A DNA stretch of 64,000 nucleotides from Octopus sinensis (taxonomy: Eukaryota), in NCBI RefSeq assembly GCF_006345805.1, contig NC_043022.1, positions 2,294,001 through 2,358,000 of the forward strand. The letters run 5' to 3'. Both the position numbers and the translations under genes were made by a program. The notes under the pieces were generated by a model that was not told the DNA's origin, did not search any database, and saw nothing but the letters and a program-made list of their open reading frames with translations. This document shows positions 52,288 to 64,000 of this stretch, one piece after another; positions within the stretch are counted from its first letter, which is position 1, and every line of letters begins with the position of its first letter.

Positions 52288-52965
52288 ATACTCTTTTACT
52301 CTTTCGAGTCATTTCACTGTGGCCGTGCTGGAGCACCACCTTTCATCATCATCATCATCATCGTTTAGCGTCTGTTTTCCATGCTAGCATGGGTTGGACG
52401 GTTCAACTGGGGTCTGTGAAGCCAGAAGGCTTCATCAGGCCCAGTCAGATCTGGCAGTGTTTCTACGGCTGGATGCCCTTCCTAACGCCAAAAAAAACAA
52501 AGCCTCCCCGGCGGGGAATCGAACCCCGGTCTCCCGCATGACAGGCGGGGATACTTACCACTATACTACCGAGGACACTATACTACTGAGTCTAAAAGAT
52601 TGACCCCCAGGACTTATTCTTAGTAAGCCTAGTACTCATTCTATTGATTTCTTTTGCCGAACTGCTAAGTTACAGGGACAAACACACACACATATATATA
52701 ATTTTATTTTGTTTTTGTATTTTGTTTGCAAGATTCTTTACGTGAGTTCGTGTGTTGAAGCATATTTTGTTGTGTCTGGGGAGAGAGTCTCCCCAGACAC
52801 AACAGAATATATGTGTGACAGGCTTCTTTCAGTTTCCATCTGCCAAATCCACTCACAAGGCTTTGGTCGGCCTGAGGCTATAGTAGAAGATAGTTGCCCA
52901 TGGTGCCACGCAGTAGGACTGAACCTGGAACCATGTGGTTTGTAAGCAAGCTCCTTACCACACAG
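52288..52965 (-). mobile_element. Dominant CORE-type SINE copy interrupted by the tRNA-Asp chimera and a second insertion (~52700-52810)
   Basis: Consensus breaks after gagcaccaccttt (52343) and resumes at ~52589. Confidence 0.75.
52504..52575 (-). tRNA. tRNA-Asp-GTC: tRNA-Asp(GTC) copy, probably retroposed; T at position 38
   Basis: Reverse complement TCCTCGGTAGTATAGTGGTAAGTATCCCCGCCTGTCATGCGGGAGACCGGGGTTCGATTCCCCGCCGGGGAG forms a complete 72-nt cloverleaf with A/B boxes, followed by GCTTTGTTTTTTTT. Confidence 0.9.
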
Positions 52966-53293
52966 GTGTAGTTGTTTGTACACGATTGATCTGTATAATT
53001 TCTACTTTCCACAGTTAAATTGTTTGGATTAACATGTATGTATATATACCCTTCATTCCACCAAGAAAGATGAAAAAAAAAAAAAATAGTGAAAGCAGAG
53101 ACTGCATTACAAAGGAAGTTCCTCCTGTCAAGTTAGACACACCCCATATCATTTTTTGCAGTGACCTACAAATGGGTCTTTCAGAAAAACTAACCTTTAA
53201 CGATATTGTTCACAAACTGTTAGCATGCATTCATGTATGTATGTGTGTGTGTCTATATGTGTATATATGTATGTGTGTGTGTGTATGTATATA

Positions 53294-53345
<52 letters not shown>

Positions 53346-54232
53346 TGTGTGTGTATATATATATATTGGTGTGTGTGTGTATATACACTTGCACGCACAT
53401 GGTTGAGAACAAGACCCAACAGGCCAAGTGAAATTGTAGTTGTAGCATATACTGGTGCCATACAATTAGCACCTGTGCTGGTGGCTCGTAAAAGCATCCA
53501 TTGCACTCATGGATTGGTTGGCATTAGGAAGGGCATCTGGTCATAGAAACCATGCCAAATCAGACTGGAGTCTGGTGCAGCCCCCCAGCTTACCAGTCCT
53601 GGTCAAACTATCCAACCCATGCTAGCACGGACTACGGACATTAAATGATGATGATCATGTGTGTGTGTGTGATTTAATCTTTTACTTGTTTCAGTTGTTA
53701 GACTGTGCCCATGCTGGGGCACCACCTTGAATTTTTAGTCGAATGAATCGACCCATGTACTTCTTTTTCTTTAAAACCTGATACTTCAGGTGAATTAAAA
53801 TAAAATTTAACGTTTAGGATTTTTCACACAAAGAGCATATAATGCACATTGGCTCTCTCGTCTCAGTGCCGGTTGAGAGAGTAAATTGTGGAATGCTATT
53901 TTGATGTTAAGTATACATAGTAATAAATCTCTCCACACCTCTTGAGAATGGAGAAAGAAGTAAAAACAAAACTCACATCCCAGTCATAGGAAGCTGAACG
54001 GTGCAGGCAATGGCGCCAAGTTCTAAATAAAATAAATGGGGGTGGTGCAATGTGTTAGCCTACGTGCATGCCATGAAGACAAGCGAGGAAATAAAGTATG
54101 AAAAATAATAAAAAATACACTCTCTTGCACTCATAGCGGTACCTTGTGTGTGTGAATAAACTTTATTTTGTATCCTTGTAAAAGCATCCAATGGGTATCA
54201 TATTATACAGACAAGAAGGTAATATTTTGAAT

Positions 54233-54405
54233 GCAGCATAGGAGTGGCTGTGTGGTAAGTAGCTTGCTAACCAGCCACATGGTTCCAGGTTCAGTCCCAC
54301 TGTGTGGCATCTTGGGCAAGTGTCTTCTGCTATAGCCCCGGGCCAACCAATGCTTTGTGAGTGGATTTGGTAGACGGAAACTGAAAGAAGCCCGTCGTAT
54401 ATATG

Positions 54406-54438
<33 letters not shown>

Positions 54439-54647
54439 TTATGTGTCTGTGTTTGTCCCCTTAACATTGTTTGACAACCGATGCTGGTGTGTTTACGTCC
54501 CCGTCATTTAGCGGTTCGGCAAAAGAGACCGATAGAATAAGTACTGGGCTTACAAAGAATAAGTCCCGGGGTCGATTTGCTCGACTAAAGGCGGTGCTCC
54601 AGCATGGCCGCTGTCAAATGACTGAAACAAGTAAAAGAGTAAGAGTA
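54233..54647 (+). mobile_element. Dominant CORE-type SINE copy
   Basis: Full-length match to the family. Confidence 0.85.
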
Positions 54648-55042
54648 TAGCCATGAAAACAGCAGAAAGATCAGCTATTATTACCCTTAGAAGATGTCAG
54701 TAAACAGTTTAGCTTAATGGTAGAATACTCAGCCAGTGTCTGAGGGTTGCAGGTTCGAGTGCCGTGGCTGTCTGTTGACAACAATTTTCCCACCTTATAA
54801 AGGGTAATAATTTCTATTATAGTCACAAGGCCTGAAATTTGTGGGGAGGTGGTTAGTCAATTTTATCGACCCCAGTATCTCACTGGTACTCATTTTCTTG
54901 ACCCCGAAAGGATGACAGACAAAGTCAACCTCAGCAGAATTTGCACTCAGAATCTAGTGGTAGACGAAACACCACTAAGCATTTTGTCGGGCGTGCTAAC
55001 GGTTCTACCAGGTTGCTGCTATGACTTAATGTCTGCATAATA

Positions 55043-55088
<46 letters not shown>

Positions 55089-55249
55089 AATAATAATAAG
55101 GGTAAAATTAATTAATTAGTAATTAATAATTTTACCAAGCAGTGTTAAGTATGTAAAAGGACCATTTATGGTAAATTTAAACATTACTTTGAGTAAAGTT
55201 CGGTGTGTGGTAAAGTAAATTTTTTTGCTGAACCCTTATTATATATATA

Positions 55250-55297
<48 letters not shown>

Positions 55298-56083
55298 AGA
55301 GAGAGAGGGAGGGAGAGAGTTAGCAAATGAGATCAGAAGAATCTCTATATAGAAAACCCTTGCTAGCCCTCAAAAGATTTGAACTTACATTCCAAAAGTC
55401 AGTGGGGTCGTTATAAGGGGAATCTAAATGAGCGGCTCTCCACCTTGAAGAAGGAAGGTTTTCTTTCAGTGTTTGTTTGCTCCCATTACTGGTTGCAAAT
55501 GTTTGGTGAACTACGTCTACCTACCAAACATTATGAGATGTCGCTGAGCTCCCCCCCCCAGAAACAACTGTTGGACTTGTAACACCATGCCTTCTCCTCT
55601 CTAATTCTTTTGAGTCTATGTAATTTGAGTAAGTTTTGATTTTGAATCGAAATCAAATTTGATGACTGGCATCCGCGCTAGTGGAGATCTAAGAGTACCA
55701 TCCGAGCATGATCATTGCCAGAGCAACAAACTTGCTTCCGTGCCGGTGGCACATAAAAGCACCCACTACACTCTCGGAGTGGTTGGCGTTAGGAAGGGCA
55801 TCCATTAATAGAAACTGTGCCAGATCAGATTGGAGCCTGGTGTAGCCATCTGGTTCGCCAGTCCTCAGTCAAATAGTCCAACCCATGCTAGCATGGAAAG
55901 CGGACATTAAAAGATGATGATGTATATATGTGTGTGTGTGTATATATATACACACACACTTGAATGTCAGTCATTTAAAAATTTTGTCTTTGCCTTTATT
56001 TATATGTGTATATATATATTATGTCAAACCCAAGGAGTTTTGTCTGTTTGCTTCATTCTCTCTCTCTCTCTCTCCCTCCCCCC

Positions 56084-56123
<40 letters not shown>

Positions 56124-56255
56124 GTAAATGTAAAAAAATATAAACTGGGACAAGAACATAAAACATTTAGAAGACGATACAAAAGACACGGACGGGACAT
56201 TCGAAGCCTTCAATCTTCAGTCAAGAACCAGATCATCTTCACAATTTCGGCTGAT

Positions 56256-56297
<42 letters not shown>

Positions 56298-57004
56298 GCT
56301 GGCAGAAACGTTTGCTGTATTTTGTCTGCAGTTACGTTCTGAGTTCAAATTCCGCCGAGGTCAACTTTACCTTTCATCCTTTCGGGGTCGATAAATTAAG
56401 TACCAGTTACGCACTGGGGGTCGATGTGATCGACTTAATACCTATGTCTGTCCTTGTTTGTCCCCTCTGTGTTTAGCCCCTTGTGGGTAATAAAGAAATA
56501 GGTATCGAACTCAAAACTACATGTTTTGCAAATAGAAATAAACACTAAGAAAGATTTGAAATCAGAGCATAAAAGGCCAATAACCGAAGCCAACACTTGT
56601 TTCCAGTGTCTGATTTGGGTTTATAGAGAGTCACAATATGTTATTTGTATATTGCAACAATATATTCTAAGTTTGTTGACACAGATGAAACGAGGGAGTC
56701 AAATAATGAAAACTATTTGCATTATTATAAATTTCTTTTCTTTTTCTCACTTTTTTTATTTTCCTTCATGACTTTCTTTTTTTTTTTTTTTTTTTCCCCC
56801 CTTTTTTCGCTAAAGATTTTCAACATGAGTTACTGCGGTGGGGGTAAACATCGATATATTTTAACATGATATCAGTTATTGAATTTAGATATTTAATGTC
56901 TCTGTCCTCAGATGTTCCATATATTCTTCCCTCCCCGCCTCTACACACCTCTCTTATTTATTAAGATTATTTTGAAAGCCAACAGCTGGAGGTTTTGTTA
57001 TTGT

Positions 57005-57056
<52 letters not shown>

Positions 57057-57860
57057 TTAGTATCAGAAGCAAGGAAATGTAACCTGAGAATTCCTTGTGA
57101 TTGATATAGTGTACTTGATGATAGTAGCAACTAGTAGTATGCGTTACCATACCATTCTTCTCTCTAGAGAACAGTTGAACGCCATTACAGCCCCCTCCCC
57201 GCCCCCCACCCTCACCAGAATCTTCCAGCTTTCTATTTTGGTTGTGCTAATCATTCTCATCTAGTGTTGAAGCTTGACAACTTGCCAAGCCACTAGGTCA
57301 AGATGAGGAAGAAAGACAAACAGAGATGAAGATGAAGCTGCTGCCATTCCTTTCACTTCTTGCGAAAATTCCTCTTTCACAGGAATTGGTATTAGTTTAC
57401 TACAGTGCTCTGCAGTTTATGTTTTGGTTTAGCTATTTGTTTTTTGGGTTTTTTTATTAAAATTTTTATACATTATTTACTAGCTTGTGTGTGTGTGCAC
57501 GTGCATCTGTGCATATTTGAGTTTGTGTTTTAGCACAACCTCAAAGCGAATTTAGCTAAAAAGACTCAAGAAATAAAAAATGAAAATATAGGCGCAGGAA
57601 TGGCTGTGTGGTAAGTAGCTTGTTTACCAACCACATGGTTCTGGGTTCAGTCCCACTGCGTGGCACCTTGGGCAAGTGTCTTCTACTATAGCCTCGGGCC
57701 GACCGAAGCCTTGTGAGTGAATTTGGTAGATGGAAACTGAAAGAAACCCATTGTATATATATATATAAAATATTATTAGAGACAAAACCACTATTTTGCA
57801 AAACAAACAAGGAAAGACTTAATCAATACATAAAATTTTAATAAATAGTCAAAAAAAACG

Positions 57861-57903
57861 CCACTACAATCGTTTCTTGTCTTGATCGACAATCTTCAGG
57901 TGG
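57861..57903 (-). ncRNA. Mirror copy of the hammerhead motif in the left palindrome arm
   Basis: Exact reverse complement of 57949-57991. Confidence 0.75.
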
Positions 57904-57948
57904 ACTTCCAATAAGTCAGTTTCAATTTGAAACTGACTTATTGGAAGT

Positions 57949-57991
57949 CCACCTGAAGATTGTCGATCAAGACAAGAAACGATTGTAGTGG
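57949..57991 (+). ncRNA. Type I minimal hammerhead ribozyme motif
   Basis: CCAC-CTGAAGA-TTGTC(gatcaa)GACAA-GAAAC-GATT-GTA-GTGG; predicted cleavage after A57987. Confidence 0.75.
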
Positions 57992-58762
57992 CGGTTTTTT
58001 TGACTATTTATTAAAATTTTATGTATTGATTAAGTCTTTCCTTGTTTGTTTTGCAAAATAGTGGTTTTGTCTCTAATAATATTTTATAATATTTTACTAT
58101 AAAATTGGATTTAATCCTAAATCTGATTTTTTCCCTGTAATTTGGATTTATTCCCTAATATTTATTATTATATATATATATATATAATATATATATATAT
58201 ATGAGTGTGTGTGTTTGTGTGTCTGTGTTTGTCACCCTAGCATTGCTTGACAATCGATGCTGGTGTATTTATGTCCCCGTCACTTAGCGGTTTGGCAAAA
58301 GAAACCGATAGAATAAGTACTGGGCTTACAAAAGAATAAGTCCCGGGGTCGAGTTGCTCGATTAAAGGCGGTGCTCCAGCATGGCCGCAGTCAAATGACT
58401 GAAACAAGTAAAAGAGTATACATCAACAAATGATACTGAGATACATACATTATATATATATATATATATATCTGTAAAATAATATGTGACAATTATTCAA
58501 TAGCCAAGATAAAACTCTGAGTTTTGGATGCTGAGGTGGAAATCCACAACACCATCTCTTCGGTTATCTGGCCATATCTATTTACATAATATTGAGGTCT
58601 CTTTCTTTCTTTTGTTATCTTACCGTTTTTACCAATATATATATACATATATATATATACATACATACACCTACATTTAGCATATTAGGGGCCCACCTTA
58701 GTGGTCATTCCTCTTATATGTATGTAATGCACATACATGATATATATATATATGTATGTACA

Positions 58763-58988
58763 CACAAGACGGTGCTGAAAAGTCCCTGGCTTTAAGGGTA
58801 TTGCAAAAGGACTGGTTGGAAGCCTAACCTTCCAAATTCTTTTTACAGGGCTTACAAAAGCTGAAGGACTGCTGCAATAAGTGTGTGAATCTGAGAGGGA
58901 AATATGTTGAATAAAATCATAATTAACTGATCCTCATCCTGTCTTTTCTTTTATCCAAAAGCCAAAAGCTTTTCAGCACCTCCTTGTG
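58763..58988 (+). mobile_element. Mariner-derived MITE / internal deletion derivative
   Basis: Degenerate TIRs (ggtgctgaaaagtccctggcttt / aaagccaaaagcttttcagcacc) and a transposase C-terminal relic LQGLQKLKDCCNKCVNLRGKYVE*. Confidence 0.75.
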
Positions 58989-59246
58989 TGTGTGTTACGA
59001 ATATAAATTTAATTTATATATTGTATATCGTTATGTTACATATGTTCATGTGCTTGCCTGGGTCTAGGTCCTTTCCAGCACAGTCTCCCACCATTTGTAG
59101 ATGCCTATTGTCATTTCTTTTGTATATATGTGCAGGCATGGCTGTGAAATTAAATACTGTGCTTTGTCACCATATGGTTTCATGTTCAGTCAACCTCCTA
59201 TAGCCCCAGGTGACCAAAGCCACATATATATATATATATATATATA

Positions 59247-59644
59247 CTAGCAGTATCGCCCGGCGTTGCTCGGGTTTGTAAGGGAAATAACTATATAAGC
59301 ATTTTTAGAGTTATAGCCAAAAAATAGCAAAAAAATGCACTAAAAATGGAAAACAAATGATGGTAAATTTTTTTTTAAATCGTTGACTCATCGTAGACAT
59401 TTTTAGAGAGTTACTTCCCTTATATAATAGCGAAAAAAATGCATTAAAATGGGAAAAAAATGATGGTAAATTTTTTTTTAAATCGTAGACTCATCGTAGA
59501 CGCGCGCTAATACCCAGAAGGGCTCGATATGAATCACGACTATAAGATACCCGGTTTTGGTTAAACTGCACCGCAAAATGTGGGAGTAGTTAGGAATCTA
59601 AATCGTAGGAGACAGACACACAACCTCTCTTTTATATATAAAGA
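59247..59644 (-). mobile_element. Non-autonomous Helitron
   Basis: Minus strand starts TCTTTATATATAAAAG and ends CCCGAGCAACGCCGGG hairpin + CGATACTG-CTAG; inserted between A and T with no TSD; ~100-bp internal tandem duplication. Confidence 0.85.
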
Positions 59645-61827
59645 TGTGTATGGCAGCTTCAGAATACTATACTCTGTGTGTACACATCCCTGTTTTTAAG
59701 CCTAGAAATTAGAGACGCATATTATTTGTGAAAAGTGGAAAGTGAATGGCAAACTGAAAGTTCTCAATTTTCATTTTATGTTCAGGGAAAACACTGGATG
59801 GAGTTACTTAAAATGTTTGCCTGTTCTGAAAATTTGAAATTAAAGTTTTAGTTTATTGGGATTCTGATTACATTGTTTTTGGAAGGAGAACCGCCATTGC
59901 CACAGGTTTATTATTATTATTATTATTATTGTCATTGTCGTCGTCGTCAAGAGGCAGATGGAGAAGGGAGGGAAATCATGCATTGTCTCATAGCTTTAAG
60001 ATTTCAATGTTGAGATTGGTTATCCTTAAAATGAACAACATTGTAGGGTAATCTGGCTAACTTGAATATAAAACATTGAATTGTGAGTTAGAGAAAGAGG
60101 AATGAGTGTCAAAGATGTGTTAAAACATGAACTGAAACTGAACTGCCATCAGAATAAATATGAAACTACAGAATACTCAGTTTTGCACTCTGAAGGAACT
60201 TTCTTTAGAACATGAAATATTTTTTTGAAGATGTACTTACCTGGCAGGTACATCAGAAACTATTGAAATTCAAACAATTATAGTGTGAAAGGCATGTATT
60301 AGCCGTCAAAACCACTAAGACTGCTAATTTCACTTAAACCTCTATTATCTGTCATTAAAATTTTTGTTGCACCAACTGCAACCTGGTTGCTGACACAGTT
60401 GCACTGCTGGAGTTTTTTTTTACCTTTCTATGTAGGTCAATCATTCTGGTTTTCATCACCTGGTGCTCCCCCCTCCCCCTTTGTAGCCTTTTCATTTGTG
60501 GGGTGGGGATCTGAAAATTCAGAAAGGAAATAAATTTCATAAATTTGGAAAAAGGAAAAATCAAACAAAACAAATTAAAATGTTTTTAATCCTCTCCCTT
60601 TTTTGCTTAATCTTTACTCTAAAACCAACCTTTATTTATTCAGAATTTTAATCCCCTTTGTTTGAAACATATAATTCAGAAAAAAATTGGTAGGAGTCAA
60701 AGAAAAAACCAACATAACAGCTTACATACTTTGAAATGAAGGAAAAATGGCAGGGGTTGGGAACAGATTAAAAATTGAATCCCCCACCCACATGTAAATT
60801 GTGAAAAAAGAAGTTAAGGCTGGTTGCATTCTCTGAACCTGAAGATTAAAGTGGGTTAAAAGGGGAAAAAAAAAAAAAAATTTACATCTTCACAATTTTT
60901 CAGTGATTGTAACCCTTCTAGATCAAGTTGCTATTTCTCTGCAATGAGAGAGAGGTCACAGCTACAATGTTATGGGCATGTGATTAGAATGTTGCTGGAA
61001 AGAACTGCAAGACAGACTCTTCAAGCAGATAACCCATCAGTCAATTAAGAATGAGATGGTTGGATAATATCTATGGTCTCAGTTCGTCATACTTGGGAGA
61101 ACCCAGGTGGAAAGTCAAATAGTAGTTGCTTCTAACAGGACCCTATCCTTGAGAACCCCATCCCATCAACACTCCCAAGAATAGTGAGCACTGACAACAG
61201 TTGGATGAATGGATTTTAATCTACACTGAAGGACACCTATCTCTGTCCCTCTATAGCTCCAATCTCTCATCAACTGGCACAAAGCCCTCTCTACTACTAC
61301 TACTACTACTACTCCCCTTCCTAGCTGAAAAGGATTTTGTCTTGCAAGTTACTCAGTGACCCTGCTGGTGCTGGTGCCATATTGAAAATTGCTGGAGCTG
61401 GTGCCACATTGAAAAGCAATAGTGATGGTGCCACATATAAAGCACTGGTGATGGTGCCATATAAAATGCACTGGCAATGGTGCCATCGTGCCCTGTAAAA
61501 AGCACCCAGTACACACAGTAAAGTGGTTGGCATTAGCAAGGACATCCAGCCATAGAAACCAAGCCAATAGAGACAGTGGAGGAGCATGATGTGGACCTCA
61601 GCCATACCAGCTCCTGTCAAACGATCCAACCCATGCCAGCATGGAAAACATAGGAATTCAAAGAAATTTCAGGAAAAGAAAGGGGGAAAAAATAATAATT
61701 TTTATAAGGGAAACCTATGGATCCATTCTCCTGCTCCACTCTTTCTACTGAAAATGAAAATCTCGTTGATGTCATATTTTGCACATAAATATTATAGACT
61801 GAAATTTAATATAAAAGTATAAACATA

Positions 61828-61936
61828 TAGGTGCAGGGTGTGGCTGTGTGGTAAGTAGCTTGCTTCCCAACCATATGGTTCCAAGTTCAGTCCCACTGCA
61901 TGGCACCTTGGGCAAGTGTCTTCTACTATAGCTTCA

Positions 61937-61980
<44 letters not shown>

Positions 61981-62553
61981 GTGTTTGTCCCCCCACCATC
62001 ACTTGACAACCAATGGTGGCATGTCTATGTCCCCATAACTTAGCATTTCAGCAAAAGAAACCAATAGAATAAGTACTGGGCTTACAAAGTTGTTCGACTA
62101 AAGGCAGTGCTCCAGCATGACCGCTTTCAAAGGACTGAAACAAATGAAAGAGTAAAAGAATACTGAGTTTTTGTGGTGGATGTTTGTATAGATTGTATAG
62201 ATTTATTTTATCTTTTGTTTCAGTCATTAGACTGTGGCCATGCTGGGGCACCATCTTCAAGAATTTTACTTAAACAAATTGACCCCGATACTTTTTATTT
62301 TTTAAAGCCTGGTACTTATTCTATTGGTCTCTTTTGCTGAACCACTAAGTCACACGAACACTGGTTATCACACACACACACACACACACACACACAGCAG
62401 GCTTCTTTCAGTTTCTGTCAACCAAATCGGCTCATAGAGCTTTGGTCGACGCTAACCTGTGGTAGAAGACACAACCTATTTATCACATGGTAGAACTGAA
62501 CCCAGTACCATATGGTTAGGAAGCAAATATTTTACCACACAGCCATGCCTGCA
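61828..62553. mobile_element. Tail-to-tail pair of dominant SINE copies (+ 61828-62160, - 62210-62553)
   Basis: Family motifs in opposite orientation about 50 bp apart. Confidence 0.75.
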
Positions 62554-62593
62554 CCACTTTCTGTTTTGTTATTTATCAAAAGACAAGCAAATA

Positions 62594-62600
62594 ATGTAGT

Positions 62601-62649
<49 letters not shown>

Positions 62650-63322
62650 ATGTTATAATAATAATAATAATAATAATGAGCAGTAATAGTAATGGTAGTA
62701 GTAGTAGTAATAATAATAATAACAATAACAATAATAATAATAATAATAATGAGCAGTAATAGTAATAGTAATGGTAGTAGTAGTAGTAATAATAACAATA
62801 ATAATAATAATGAGCAGTAATAGTAATAGTAATGGTAGTAGTAGTAGTAATAATAACAATAATAATAATAATGAGCAGTAATAGTAATGGTAGTCGTAGT
62901 AGTAGTAATAACAATAACAATAATAATAATAATGAGCAGTAATAGTAATGGTGGTAGTAGTAGTAGTAGTAGTAATGTTATAATAATAATAATAATAATA
63001 ATAATGAGCAGTAATAGTAATGGTAGTAGTAGTAGTAATAATAATAATAACAATAACAATAATAATAATAATAATAATGAGCAGTAATAGTAATGGTAGT
63101 AGTAGTAGTAATAATAACAATAATAATAATAATGAGCAGTAATAGTAATAGTAATGGTAGTAGTAGTAGTAATAATAACAATAATAATAATGAGCAGTAA
63201 TAGTAATGGTAGTCGTAGTAGTAGTAATAACAATAACAATAATAATGAGCAGTAATAGTAATGGTAGTCGTAGTAGTAGTAATAACAATAACAATAATAA
63301 TAATAATGAGCAGTGATAGTAA

Positions 63323-63354
<32 letters not shown>

Positions 63355-63390
63355 GTAATAATGATGATGATGATGATGATGATGATGATA
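62594..63390. repeat. Higher-order trinucleotide satellite built from (AAT)n, GAGCAGT, (AGT)n and AAC blocks
   Basis: Recurrent ~55-75 bp unit marked by ATGAGCAGTAATAGTAATGGTAGT. Confidence 0.95.
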
Positions 63391-64000
63391 GTGCTGTAGA
63401 AGCCATGCATAAATAATTTTGTACATACGTATGTATGTATTTATAATATGTATGGCTTTGGTTGCTATTTATAGCATCTCTGGTGTATTCGCCTGGTTTG
63501 AATAATTATCATAATATTAGCTTTTGAATAACATGGTCATGTGTCTGCGTATGTTTGTATGTGTGTGTGTATAATTAAGCATCTGCTTAATTGTACAAAC
63601 TGATTTTAGCTACAAAACTCGAATGTAACGTGCAGCTTCAAATAGTTGCAGTTTTGCAATAATATTTGTTATCCAGTGTTATTATAATGATAATTCTTTC
63701 TACTATAGGCACAAGGCCTGAAATTTTGGGGGAGGGGGCTAATCGATTACATCGACCCCAGTGTTTCACTGGTACTTAATTTATTGACCCCGATGGGATG
63801 AAAGGCAAAGTCAACCTTGGCGGTATTTGAACTCGGAATATAACAATGAGTGAAACACTGCTAAGCATTTCGTCCAGCATGCTAACAATTCTGCCAGTTT
63901 GCCATCTTAATAATAATAATAATAATAATAATGATAATAATAATAGTAGTAGTAAGGTAGTGTGCTTGTATATTCATGTTTTTGTCTGTTAGTTTCAAAT

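Larger units (their letters stand above)
57764..58170 (+). mobile_element. Penelope-like element end with inverted (fold-back) terminal repeat, inserted in the (TA)n tract of a SINE
   Basis: 325-bp palindrome 57764-58088 plus a unique 3' extension, hammerhead motif, (TA)n on both sides. Confidence 0.65.
57589..58419 (+). mobile_element. Dominant CORE-type SINE copy hosting the palindromic hammerhead element
   Basis: 5' half 57589-57753 and 3' half ~58200-58419. Confidence 0.85.

Noticed and set aside
62532-63426. Longest ORFs (292 and 257 aa)
   Set aside because: Translations of a trinucleotide satellite giving homopolymer runs; no splice or domain evidence.

Overview
AT-rich, repeat-dense animal DNA. 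The tRNA-derived SINE families and abundant (TA)/(TG)/(ATT) microsatellites point to an octopus (coleoid cephalopod) genome; this is an inference. Nearly all ORF-track entries are SINE or microsatellite noise. The window appears to hold the 5' part of one large + strand gene: a GC/CpG-rich promoter-like region near 14.5-15.2 kb, a start-codon exon at 21455-21609 and an in-phase coding exon at 26477-26639, with no further exon recognised in the remaining 37 kb. I cannot identify the protein. The rest is mobile DNA: several SINE families, CR1/L2- and RTE-clade LINE fragments, piggyBac-, mariner- and MULE-like MITEs and a Helitron. Most notable: (1) short elements inserted in (TA)n tracts that carry minimal hammerhead ribozymes and/or near-perfect fold-back palindromes (Penelope-like/retrozyme-like); (2) a pre-tRNA-Asp fused to a retroposon tail; (3) a 210-bp, 98% identical inverted duplication; (4) a LINE whose 3' end matches the dominant SINE. 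All structures were paired by eye, and repeat boundaries are approximate unless a TSD or TIR is quoted.
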